Shown piece after piece: positions 14,601 through 26,537 of a stretch of 64,000 nucleotides of DNA. Numbering within the stretch: position 1 is the stretch's first letter; each line of letters opens with the position of its first letter. The notes under the pieces are model-generated. The model saw only the letters and a program-made list of their open reading frames with translations, did no database searches and was not told where the DNA came from. Source of the DNA: Tubiluchus corallicola (Eukaryota > Animalia > Priapulida); the NCBI GenBank assembly GCA_030141605.1, contig JAQGDQ010000094.1, forward strand, positions 590,429 to 654,428, written 5' to 3'. A program made the translations under genes and the position numbers.

Positions 14601-17600
14601 ATTACTTTATAATTGCAGGGAATACGATATCAGCGGGGGGCATTTCCACCAAGGTAGTCCTGCCAACCTTGTCAACCAAAAAAAGGTTAAACCTTAAATT
14701 GTAAAAAATGTTTTGCAATAATGACGGTGTTGGTGTGAGTAATGTAGATCAGGATGGTGTATCATCTAAGATAATGATCATAGCGATGGTGGAAGCAATT
14801 GTGTTAGGGGTGGTAGTGAGAGCAGCGATGGTGACTGTTATGGTGTAAGAGGGAGTATTAGTGATGAGAATTCTGTAATTTATAAAGGAGACAAATCACT
14901 CAAATCGAACTTGTTGTTAAAGTTTGCAGGGGCAACCTCGCGAATATTCTTTTAGATTCGCCATGATACAAGATTTTTACATTATAGTCACATACGCGAT
15001 TAGTTGCCAATAGCCATTAGGTTCTCTATCGATAGGTATAAATTACACTGCAAACCATAGCTGCCCACAGCGGAAATAGAATCTAACCCATACCCACTAG
15101 CCTGGCTAATCTAGTTTCCAAAATAGCCACATACACATAAACAACCGCGTTCTGTTCTTGTCGTCCGCTAGGCCAAAATACAAACTATATCGCTCAGAGT
15201 AGACGTTTGTTAGGGTTGCCACTTAACAATGTAAGGGTCACTCATGCAATGCGCTGGAATGTATATTGTATTATCCTGTACTTGTATGTCAATTTAATTA
15301 GAAAAGAGTTGGTGACAACAACACGTGACCTGATGTAAAAATATTAAGTAGCTGCCAGGCCGTTGCGCCAAACTCTTTTCTCTGACGTGTGCCGTGATGT
15401 GATATGTAAAGGAATGCAATGCAATGTAGTGCAGTGCAACATATGGTGGAGTAATAGTATACGAACAAAATGATTTGTAATGGTAGTATAAATGGGGACA
15501 GCATTTTATTTCTGAAAATTTTAATTGTTGCTAAATATGTAGCCGAAGCAGCACAAAAAATCAGAAAAACTATGATTTTTTATGTTTTTAACAAAAATTT
15601 AAGCGAAAAGTTTCATAATTCCTTGAATGAGTTATTCGATATGTGGTAAATTTCATCCGAGATTTTTACCAGTGTAACGTTAAACCATACAAAATATTCA
15701 ATATTTAAACTTTTATTATCAGAAAAACATTACTTTTCTTTTTACTATTAGAAAAATTTCGTGAGTTAAACTGATCTAATCTGGAGGACGTGTTTTAAAA
15801 ATGGGGACGCTGAATCCGCAAAAAATGGGCCTATAAATTTTTATCGGCTACATATCGTCAGATAAAATAAATTTGGCTACGGCCCATAAATCACCGTAGA
15901 CGTTGGAAAATCTCTTTAGGTCAAGGTCTGCTGTTGTGCCTGTTGAATCTCCTAGCAACATCTAAAGAACAAGGACATTTATTAAGATGAAAGTGCTATG
16001 ATTGATCGGTGTTAATTTTGGTTCTCCGCTCAGTAAACTTGCATTTGGTAAACCTGTACGGCTACTGCACTTCCTTCGGTTAGAATTTAATCGACTGATA
16101 AATGTGTGTAGTTGATAGACCTGCACTGCCACTCCATTTTCTGCTGATATCTCTTAGCTGACCTGCTAAAGCTGTTCTGGTAGTCTGCTACTGTATTCCT
16201 ACTGTTAACATTTAGCTGACGGCTAAAAGTGCGCTGCTGTTAAACCTAGAGCTTGCTTCTTAACAACAAGAAGTTCAATAACAATATAGGTTTACCTATT
16301 GAATTTCTTATTGTTAATGTTTAGTTGATTTGATAGTGCGTTGTTGGTAAATATGTACTGAACTTCCTAATATTAGCAAATACCTGACTGCTGTTAGTGT
16401 GTACTGCTCCTAAGTTGTGGTACTACTGCACTTCCGACAGTTAGGATTTACCTAACGTGCTAAGGGCGCATGAGCGACGTTTCATGGTACCCACACACCA
16501 TACTGGTACATGGTACCCACACTGTACCGCCTCTCTATACATTTCTCTTTGTGCGTATGACCTCAGCACCTATATAAAGAGGGGTTACAAATCTCTGCAT
16601 TCAATTCACGCTGTTTTTGGCTTTTTGGCTTGCTAGATCATGTCTGGTTTACTAACTCATCTTTGCTGGCTTGCTACAGCACAGATGAGCAGAGTTATGC
16701 ATCTGTTCAGGCTAGTTATGCATACGTTATGTTCAGCTATGCATAAGTTTAGTACAGCTAGTTCAATCCAGCCTATAAAATTAATAAATTATTATTGGTC
16801 TACCGGCGACAGTTTGGAGGCTTCCTCAACGTGTCGTCCGGAAAAAGTGAAGTCAAATAAATTAGCTATTGATATGATGAACAGCGACATAAGCCACTTA
16901 TCATGCTAATTAATGTAGCGAGAGATGTTTGCAGCCTGGATACGCTTACATAATGTAATTGCTGTGCTTGACTTCATGTAGATAATTATGTGATAATCTA
17001 TATTGGGTAATTTTCATGTAATCTGCATTAACAGATGATTCTTACAAATCGACAGCAGTGATAGAAAGGGTCGGTATCTTTAATACCACAATAGTAAGCA
17101 GTTTTTAACCAGCCTTTCTTCTTAACTTTTTTCACGCCGACAATTTGGTGTGTTTCTTCCATTTTTTTCCTTTTCATCCCGCTTACTTGGTCTGTATGTT
17201 TGCCTATTCTATGGGAACAAAGCCCTGCTGTAGTCTGCTGCTAGAGTGATTAAGCGAAGTTGTGAATTACAGCAAAAAGCTAATGAAAACAAAAAACAAA
17301 AACTGAAGTGTACGATTGTTCAGTATGACATCTTGTTGTACACGCTGTTAACTTAAGAGACAGTAAGGCTGTTTCTTGGCATATAGAAAAAAGTGATTAA
17401 TAGAGTAGTCTTAGTTGCTGCATGAACACCAGAGCTTTTACGTTTCATTATGATTATTACATAAAATTGTTTTTCTAAATTCTCTTATAAGTATGAGGCA
17501 CTTGGTGCTAGCAGTTAAACTGTCCCACAAGTATTTGGTTTATTTAGTGGCATTTTGTGTGTTTTCCCTTCGTGGCGTTTTCTGTGCAAGATTAATGATT

Positions 17601-18663
17601 GCGTTTATTGATTTTTTGTCTTTTTCTCATGTGGCTTCTATGTAATCCATGAAAAATTACTGCTGGTGTTATCATTATAAAATTTTCAAAAACAAAATGG
17701 TTACATTTTTTATCCTTTTAACTTTTACATAAAGATAGTTCACAGCGTGAATTGACACGCCGCGTCTTAATTTTCATTTTTTCAACGTGTGTCTTTATCA
17801 ATGACGAGTAAATTACAAAACTAATAGTGCCAAATAAGTAATATTAAAATAAATTTAATGAATACCCAAAAGTCCCATTAGTAGGGAAAAGACTGAGAAT
17901 ATGAAAGTAGCAAAATCATTGGTAGAAGAGTGGCAGCTACTTCTACTGTACATAATGCTGAAAGGACATTAAGTTAGCTGTGGTTAGCAAACCACGCTGA
18001 TTGAATTTGCCCATGTAATCTATAAACTGCTGATAGTTAATTAGAGCTGCGAGGCTGAACACCATGCATAGTTAAAACCAATCGGTCACGTGATCAGTCA
18101 CGTGGTCACTGCTTGGTTTCTCCTGTAGCTGACTCCTTAAATCTGCACAAGCTGCTAAATCCAAATGACAAGCGAATTGCGTCATTTTGCAATTACCGAG
18201 TGTTAAAACAAAATGTTGTTTTTGTACGCTGTTGACAAATTGTTCAAATTTGTGGAAACTGAAAGCAGTTAAGATAACGCATATTTGCCTGTGAAAGGTT
18301 CCTGTTTTGTTACTAAATAGCAAGATTGAAATGAACAATAGAGTAGAAAAAATTTCAAGAAATCGTGAACAAAAACACTTAGAAATGACAAAAAGAGCCA
18401 GAACTGGACTTTTCACAATTTTTGATTATCCTATGATCTAAGTACTGATAACTTCAACTGTATATAGGTCAATAATATAATCACCGATTGTGCCAATTAA
18501 TCACCTTATTACTTATTAGTGATTGGATTTTGTTCTCATAGATTTGTAAATACGCAGGGGAAGAAAGAGGGATGAAAAGAGAAAAAATGTGGGAGGAACA
18601 AATCGAAGTTTCGACGTGAAAAGAGTTAAGAAGAAAAAAATAGGAAAAGAATAAAAACTCGAC

Positions 18664-18897
18664 AACTAGAAAGCCACTCTGTAGAGTTCACTCAGCTCAG
18701 ACTTTTCCATTACAAGAATACACTTAATAAATAAAATAGATTTCCTTTAGTAATTCTTGATCGATAATTAACAAAAATGAAAATCATACCACTCCACAAA
18801 ATTTCAAGGAAATCGGTTAAGTAGTTTTTACGTAATCCTGCTAACAGACAAACCAACAAACCAACGGCTATGAAAGCATACCCTCCATGGCAGTAGT
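18664..18897 (+). mobile_element. Non-autonomous Helentron/HINE (DINE-1)-like element
   Basis: Starts AACTAGA, contains aaaatttcaaggaaatcggttaagtagtttttacgtaatcctgctaac and an (ACAA/ACCA)n microsatellite, and ends in a hairpin-like ccctccatggcagtag. This is the layout of HINE-type elements; the family call is from recall. Confidence 0.5.
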
Positions 18898-20626
18898 TGG
18901 GGTGTCAGATTTGTGGAAGGTCGAAAATGTCGGAAAGAAAGCTTGTCCAGAAAAAAGAAAGCTAATATAAAAAGAAATTCAAAAAATGTATAATTTTGTA
19001 TTAATGTTCTGATATTGATAACAGAACGATTTTGAATTTGAAAAATCAGATTTAAAACGGCTATCAGCTTATAAAGCTTCTTCATTCTTGACAACAGAAT
19101 TCACCACGTCATGTCTAATACCAACACTCTTTTCATAATAAAAACAACAAAATCATTGTTGAAAAATTAATTCAGAGTTAATAGATGTTTAATATTTGAA
19201 TTCGGTCTGATTGCAGAGGCGTGTGGACTACTTCACACTGTGAAATAAGCCAGGAAGCTTCTTGTCCTTACCAGGCTTGAAAAAAATTGAAACAAAAAAA
19301 AAGCTGTAGAGGTCGTACGTTACGTACACTGTGACGTTTTCTAGCATCTTTTTAGCATTATTATTTGCTCAGAAAAGAAGCCCACCGGTTTACTGCTACA
19401 TAGCAACAGCGGCATCAGCAGCAACTGCAACAACCGTCTTCGCAATTTTACTTTATTTCTTCAAAAGTCCGTTTTAATTAATTAGGTAAATTTGCTTGTT
19501 ACAGCTTGTAAACAGCTGTGCGCAATTAATTAGTCAAGTCGTTTGCTGAACATGTAAAACTGATCAACCATTACATCTGTTTATTACGTTTATGTAGGGT
19601 GACGTATTCTAATGAATTCCTGTTGGGATTCAACAACAATAATTAAAATTTTATTGCTATGATTTGTGGAAAACCACTATTCATTTCATGTATTTAGTAA
19701 AGTAGATCTGAGATTAAAGTCATGGAGACGGTTTAACCAAATCGGTTTTGAATTTGTTGTGAATTGGGTGGGTGGAATTATGGTATAGAAGTCAAAGAAA
19801 TTCAGTTCATTTCTGGGGTTTATTAAACAAAAATCAATCAAAATTTAAAAGAAGCATTAATCTATATTCAGGAATTTTACGCCGAGGACGCTTCAGTTCT
19901 GATATCAAGATCGAAGACTAATACTGTTAAAGATTTTGTCGGAAAGATAATATGATATCTGCCAAGCTTGATAGAATTACATTATATAGTTAAGTTGGAA
20001 AGTTTAGTTAGCTAAAGCCAGAAATGAGTTGGAGTCAAGCCTTAAGTTACTGAATATTTTTCATTTTTATAGTACAAAAATTCAGAATAGTTTAGTAGTA
20101 TTATTTGATGTACAAATAATTGTAATCTATAGGTTATAGTCTATAATCCATTATTGTAATCTCTCCTGCTTTTACTAAATTTGAAAATATCTAGTGACTT
20201 TAAAAGTGAAATCAAACAAAAATATGGAAACTGTGTCAGAAACACTTAATTCTAATAGTTATGGGTCTTGGCCAGAATAGAATTGAATCACACAGCACGC
20301 ATTTTTGCACCTAGTCCATAGGTTTTGTGAATTTACATGGCAAATAGCCTTAGCAAACATGCGATATTACGATATTATCGATACAACTTTTCGATATTAA
20401 AACGGGTGCTAATGATCAAGGTTTTAGCTAAATGTCAGAAATTTAGATTGATTAGATTAATCGTAATTCTAGACACGTGAAACACGATTTTTTTTGTAAT
20501 TTTAAGATATGCATTTGACAAACAAGTGCTAACAAATGTAAATAAATTGGCACAGGAAAATGTCACACTTAGTAAATATGTGTTTATGGTTAGCGTTACA
20601 GTGGGTGATAATTATTTTAGTTATTT

Positions 20627-20796
20627 TTATCTTTGCCAAGGAAGTTGCGCTTCAACAAAGTTTGTTTGTCTGTTTGTTTGGTTGCCCTTTGTCAGTTATG
20701 GCAGTAAGCCTACTACGCCAGAACTTGACGACCGAACACTTTGTACAAAAAGCATTCGTGAAGCACTTCGTGGGGGTCTCAGAGGAAATATCTAGT
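20627..20796 (-). mobile_element. Second HINE-like element, opposite orientation
   Basis: ttatctttgccaaggaagtt (degenerate terminal hairpin), a gtttgtttgtctgtttgtttg microsatellite, and a tctagt end (reverse complement of the actaga start). Confidence 0.45.
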
Positions 20797-21654
20797 ACAT
20801 CTTTTTTGCTATCTCCGCTTAGGCAAACAACTACGAGTTAGTTGCAGTTCCATTCTCGCTTGTATATTAAAACTGTGTAACGCTGCATATAACCTTCACT
20901 TATTAAGGTGTATAACCTAATAAGGTGAGTTACTATATATATATGCTGTCTATGTGTAGAGACACGTATATATTTGTCAGTCTATTAATGCGCCAAAATT
21001 AATGGCTAAAAAGTAGATAAACACTGTGTGGAACGTTCGTGCATTATTGATTATAAATCTATTTAATGAACAAATATTATAAGTCTTTTGCTAGTCTATA
21101 TAACACCAATGCAGGTATATTTTTGTATTACTGCCTGTTTACCTTTGTGTTAAAATTTTTTAATCACCAAAATCAGACGAATAAGTTTACGATTGTTCGG
21201 CTTTGCTAGAGATCTGTTTCTTACTGAGCGCATTCTAGTTTTATTACAGAAATCAAGTACATTAAAATAGCATACATGCCATTTTTCCTGTGTCATTTTT
21301 ACCGCGCACCTGCTAACACGTGTTGAACTTCACCTGCGTGTACCATCATCGTCATCATCGGGCTTCTTATCTTGTAATTCTTAACGGGAAATTTTTTTGT
21401 CTTGATAAACAGAGCCTTGCCAGCTTTCTGAAGGAGATTAATGTAAACCTAATCAAAATAAACTAAGAATTCTAGTTTTGTAGACCGGAATTCATATTTT
21501 CACCCTTCTAATAACCTTCTTACGTTAAGTAGCTACTAGCTTTGTTTGGAGCTAAATTTGTATAGAAAATAAAAATGTAAATTTTAGATTCTTTTGAAGA
21601 AAAATTATTTTAACAGCAATTTACTCTGGGAAAACTTAGAAATTTGGAATGGAA

Positions 21655-22238
21655 GTACTAACGTGCTTGGATCCGGCACGTCATATTTGTAGCTCGTTTC
21701 TTGTAAATTTAATGGTTTCTTTAAGCTTTTATTTTTGCCATGGCCCGTTTTATTCGTGAAAATCTACAATTTTGCTACGATGACGAAATGCGTTTGTTTT
21801 TATCAGCACTGTCTATCAGGTATAAAACCGCAGATACATAATGGCCTCGTCGGTTCAGTGGATAGGCAGAAGGTGTTTTTAACAACTCAGCACTTGTTCT
21901 TGTCAGCCAACATGTAGACCTCGAAGTAGATTCCTGGCTAGTCTCTGTTTAAATTCGTGTTTCGAGTTCAATGTGTATCAGCATCATCGTTATAATATAT
22001 TAGAATGACAGAAGCCCAACAATATAATTAATGCCTAGGTCAGATCCATTTAACGGGCATATTTGAGGGCATATTGGGAAAGTGAAAAGTCGGCGTTCGT
22101 TAGGGTCTGCGCAATGGTTTCTATAATGAAATCCGTGGCCTGTGATAGCCTTCAAAGTTAAATGCGACGCAAACACCTTCAATAACATGACCAAGCTTTC
22201 GGTATTTCGTGCTTCGTGCCGGATCCAATAACTAGTGC
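21655..22238. mobile_element. MITE family B, copy 1
   Basis: Perfect 14-bp inverted repeat TTGGATCCGGCACG (21667-21680) / CGTGCCGGATCCAA (22215-22228). The left end is homologous to sequence starting at 31546. Confidence 0.65.
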
Positions 22239-23856
22239 ATTGTCACACATTTGTTACTTATTCAACGAAGGTCACTTGCTAACCTCTTTTATTGCTACTT
22301 CCATAAAAGTTTCTTCTAATGTAGATGGTGGCTTCGTTGGTCGTCTCATGTTCTTTTACAAGTAGAGTACCTGAAGTAAAGCAAGTCAAATACATAATTT
22401 ATTAGCAACCGATGTGAACTAAAATTTGTAAAAGTTTGTATTTCATCATTAATTCAGTACAAGATTCGGTTTGTATTAGAGCGATCTTATAGTATTCGGT
22501 TCTAATTTTTATTAATTTAACCGCTACAAAATAGTAAATATCTGTATATCAAAAGTTTATGAATAGTTTTTAAAATCCTCATTATCAGTTGTCGATGGAA
22601 AAACACATTATGAATTTCATTTTACTTTTGTAAGTGCAAGTTTACATACTTAAAATAACAACAGTTTGACAAAATCTGTTTATTTCTTCGGTTCTGGCCT
22701 ATAAGTTACTAATGAGAGTCGAATACATTTCCCAATAACAGAGAAATGAGGCAAACGCGCAAAGGCAAATTTGAACGTTTGCCGTAAGAAGCCGCGACCA
22801 TTAGAAATTTGAAGCTGGGAGTGAACAAATATACAGACTACATTAATAATTTAAATCTGTGGAAATCGCTAGTTTTAAAATGATAAAGTTTTGAACATTA
22901 TTAGGCTTCATTCATTAGCAGAAACGTCGCACAGTTAATTCTTATTTTTAACAAGGCATGCGCCATTCTATTCCCTTTATATTAATCTGCAAATTATGTG
23001 GATGAACTAGGTTTATTTATTACATTTTGACACAAAGAACAGCGCACACCAATGATGCAGTGTAAGAATCACACAAACGCATACAATTAGACTAGAAATG
23101 TACACCAAAATATAAAGTACGCATAAAAAGTAATATAAGTCGACGTGTTTATCTGCAAATGTCTACAACTGTAATACGTTTCATGTTGTTTATCAGCCAC
23201 TGCTGTCTACGAAATTGAATGTGGTAAAAACACATTTGTAGAAATTCCTGAAACAGTAGCTACAGGCACTTTTCTAAGAATGTAAATTATGCTCTCAGTA
23301 AAAACTGACATTTTTTGATATTGTTACACGAAGGTCCACTGGCTTCCAGATAAATTTTTCGTAAACTAAGATATTTGTATAATCTTTATATTGTCTCGCT
23401 GTAAGAATGCCACTGAAGCTTGACACGCGCTGCAAAGGGAGGTAGAATATTGTAATTATTATAGACCACTGTTTCACTGAATAATTGATCACGTGATAAC
23501 ATATATACGTCTCTCTCGCTGCTTTCTATCGCTGGGGAGTTAAAACATAATGGAAATTGTATCAAGCTAACCGTAATGGCACATGGGTAGTAAGACTATG
23601 TAGACTTGCTTCAGTGTAACATATTTTAAATGTCTATAGTAAATAGACCTTTAGGCGGTAGTCGACACACGGCTACGGCAATTGTTACTAGTCGTAAAGT
23701 ATAAGATGTGAGGTGTTTATCACCCAAATTAACATATCACGTATTTTATTCATAAATAATTTGAACAACAGTTCAGGACATGTGATGATAGCAAAAGTAC
23801 GTTAAATGAATAAAATTGCCCAGTTTGAGCAGGATAATACATATAAAACATCACTT

Positions 23857-23962
23857 TAAAAAAATTACAATATATAAAACTTAGGTTTAAAACAATTACT
23901 ATATATAAAACACAGGTTTCAAACAATTACATTATATAAATATACGTTTAGAACGATTACAA
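23857..23962. repeat. About 30-bp AT-rich tandem repeat, 3-4 copies
   Basis: ggtttaaaacaattactatatataaaacaca / ggtttcaaacaattacattatataaatata / cgtttagaacgattacaat. Confidence 0.75.
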
Positions 23963-23984
23963 TCTAACATTTACACAATTGCAT

Positions 23985-24350
23985 TTATTTATCTATTTAT
24001 TTATTTATTTATTTATTATTAACAATTGCGTTTAACAGTAATGCACAAAAAACAATTAAGAAACTAACCAAGTAATAATTACACAGAGAGATGATCTGAA
24101 AATTTGAAATTAGTTAAAAGATAAATGAGATTCTTTTAAAGCTTGGTAAAACACATCGGCAAAATTGAAAGTTTACATTTCGATGTCAAGATGGACTGAG
24201 TCATTCCAACTCGGGTATGCTGTTGAATAGAGAATATGTGGGTAATGTTGTAATCTTTCTTATTTTCTTGAATATTTTTGATGAAAGACTGGTTATAGAT
24301 CTTACCTTGTGTGGTCATTAGTCTTGTTTGGGAGCGTATGTGCACCTTTT
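23985..24350 (-). mobile_element. Decayed 3' end of a CR1/L2-group LINE with (ATAA)n tail
   Basis: The minus strand gives remnants like YSTAYPSWND...QALKESHL (cf. F...WNxLP...FKxxLKxxL), followed by a (TAAA)n tail at about 23985-24020. Confidence 0.35.
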
Positions 24351-24632
24351 ATCCTTATTTTACACTTACTTACATTGATTTTCCTGACTTTATTTCATTG
24401 ATCTTAATTAACCTGGTTTGACTTGCTTACGTTGAATTTGTTGTGACATTTGGAGGCTGCTATCGCTACGTTCTTTCGCCAAAATTACAGGCTTCTGTAA
24501 TTTAATTTATAGTTCAAAAAGTCTGTAGTCTTCTAATGAATTTTTTTTAAACTAACAACAAACTGTTATAATTAAGAATTGGGGTAAATTTCTGCATTTC
24601 ACGTTATTTATTGTTTATCTGAATAAAAACTA

Positions 24633-25585
24633 CCGTAAAACGGGGTGAGTTCGCCACTTTTTAAGGGTATTTTTTTACATTTCCTGCCTTAGCAAGAGAA
24701 TTAGCCAACCGATTTTCTTAGTTCAAGCTTTATATTGCCCTTCGAATAAAACACTATCGTGGGGTGAATTCGCCGCTAACAATTTAACACTGTTTAATGC
24801 CATTCTAGGCAGCTGAAGTTAACTGGTTGTGATTGGCTGGTTGGGGGTGAGTTCGCCACCCTATGAAAAAATTATAAAAAATGTCTAGTTTTAGTTTTCA
24901 AATATAAACTTCTACGTTGGCAAGGAAGGCTTGAACGTCTTGTGCACTGATCTTATCGCGGTCGCCCTTGATGTTGCCAGCCACTCTGAAAACCAGATTG
25001 TTCCTTCGGGCGAATGATTTGACAAAGTCTATTCCAGGGGTGTTTGCCTTGAATCGTCGTTCCTGGATTCCCTTCGCGTCAAGAACACTCTTAATCAGTA
25101 GTCGGAGATCGATGGCAGTCATTGGGAACCCCCACTCAGCGGCCACTGGGAGTGTACTGGCGATTTCGTGCTCCTCGGCGGCGGAGAACACTGGCTGACT
25201 TCCGGTCTTCTGCGGATGACTTCCGGAGAGTTTGTCAGAAAGGTCTTTCTTGGAACTCCGAATTGCCTCGCCGCTGGGCTGATTGTCCTGTTGGTATTCT
25301 TGACGGCATGTAGGGCAGCTTCCAGAGCTTCTGGGGTATAATTTTGGTATCTATGACCCGGTACAGTGGTGCAGGTGCGTGGCATGTTAAGTAGCCAGAA
25401 ATAGTAGACAAATAATATGTAGCGCAGAATGGAATACTTCTAGTGCGAATTGAAAGAAGATAACTGTCGCAAACTGTTTATAATGACGGTGATCATGATA
25501 TCTGTTCATTAAATACTGAACAATAGTTACAGCAAACCTACAATGGCCATTATGTAAGGGGTGGCGAACTCACCCCGTTTTACGG
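24633..25585 (-). mobile_element. Internally deleted pogo/Tigger-like (Tc1-mariner superfamily) DNA transposon
   Basis: Perfect 25-bp TIRs CCGTAAAACGGGGTGAGTTCGCCAC (24633-24657 and 25561-25585), TA flanking both ends, subterminal copies of GGGGTGARTTCGCC at 24761 and 24844, and a transposase N-terminal remnant inside. Confidence 0.95.
24898..25385 (-). pseudogene. Frameshifted, truncated pogo-like transposase (HTH-psq + CENP-B-type HTH; DDE domain missing)
   Basis: ORF 25385-25119 YTPEALEAALHAVK...ISPAARQFGVPRKT is an HTH-psq. It continues in another frame (25191-24898) as FSAAEEHEIA...WGFPMTAIDLRLL...TPGIDFVKSFARRN, a CENP-B HTH. Confidence 0.9.
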
Positions 25586-25734
25586 TAGTTATTTATTTAT
25601 TCACTTGCTAGTACTATGCTGAAATTGATGGAGCAAAATTAGCCAGGATTTGTACTGAAATATGGTCGAGTAAAAGTACAGCGGCTAGCCGTCTCTGGCG
25701 TTGATTAATGCTCTTTCTCGCCTAGATCTCAATG

Positions 25735-25752
25735 GTCTTTGTTATTTCAGGT
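25735..25752 (+). promoter_or_regulatory. Candidate 3' splice acceptor of the Kv1 coding exon
   Basis: gtctttgttatttcag|gt (AG at 25749-25750), about 790 bp upstream of the first in-frame ATG. Not verifiable without transcripts. Confidence 0.35.
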
Positions 25753-26537
25753 TCACACTGTAAATATTGGATGATCAGTCGAGTGGACAAGGGAAAATCC
25801 TTGACCGATCAATACGTGATTGCCAAACCTAATTGATATCGATTACGCTAATCGATGCTGTGACCGTAGTTGTGTTTGCATCTGCCGATGGCTGTTCCCA
25901 CTCAAGAAGACCTTCAGAAAAAGCGGAGCCCTTTTAGTGGGAAGCCCTTTTATTTATAATGAAGCGAGAAGAGCTGTACACGTTCTTGAAGAACCGCATT
26001 TCTTCGGGAAAAACCGAAACGTGATACAATGTAATGGTGCAAAAATAGAAACCTCTATAAACTCACAAGAAAACACGAGCCAACGCTGCGGCAGCTTAAT
26101 TAGTTTTATTGGTGCTAACTCACCTCATTGTGTTGGCGGTAGCGTGATGGATATGAGAGTACGCATGAACATTTTCACGCACCCACCACGGACATGTCGG
26201 TAGTGATTAACATCAGCTGTGCGGACGTAAGTGGTTTCAGTCCTTCGATGTTGACGTAATTAGCAATAACAGCTTCGTGCTAGATTAGATATTAGTGAGC
26301 TTAATCGAGGAAGGTCTACTAACACATGAGACTTGCTGCAGCCACTAATATACTAAAGACTTATTAGTTTATTATAGTGGCACTTGCGTAGTGAGAACGT
26401 AAATTTTTGTGTCTTTCTTTATGTTGCATGACATAGACAAGTCTGTGGTCACATTTGAAGGTAACAAGACTTGGCCCATTGGTTGACAAAATGCATGATA
26501 GTAGTGTAGTGCTAATCAACTACACACATTGATTCTA

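Noticed and set aside
15535-15855. 12-bp inverted repeat ATATGTAGCCGA/TCGGCTACATAT (also an imperfect IR at about 6106/6271)
   Set aside because: Possibly decayed MITEs, but no TSD, clear boundary or second copy supports a call.
26180-26200. RE1/NRSE-like core CACCACGGACA near a neuronal gene
   Set aside because: Both flanking halves of the consensus are missing, and REST is unlikely in this host.
25820-26203. 127-aa ORF upstream of Kv1
   Set aside because: TTG start and no recognisable domain; probably 5' UTR.
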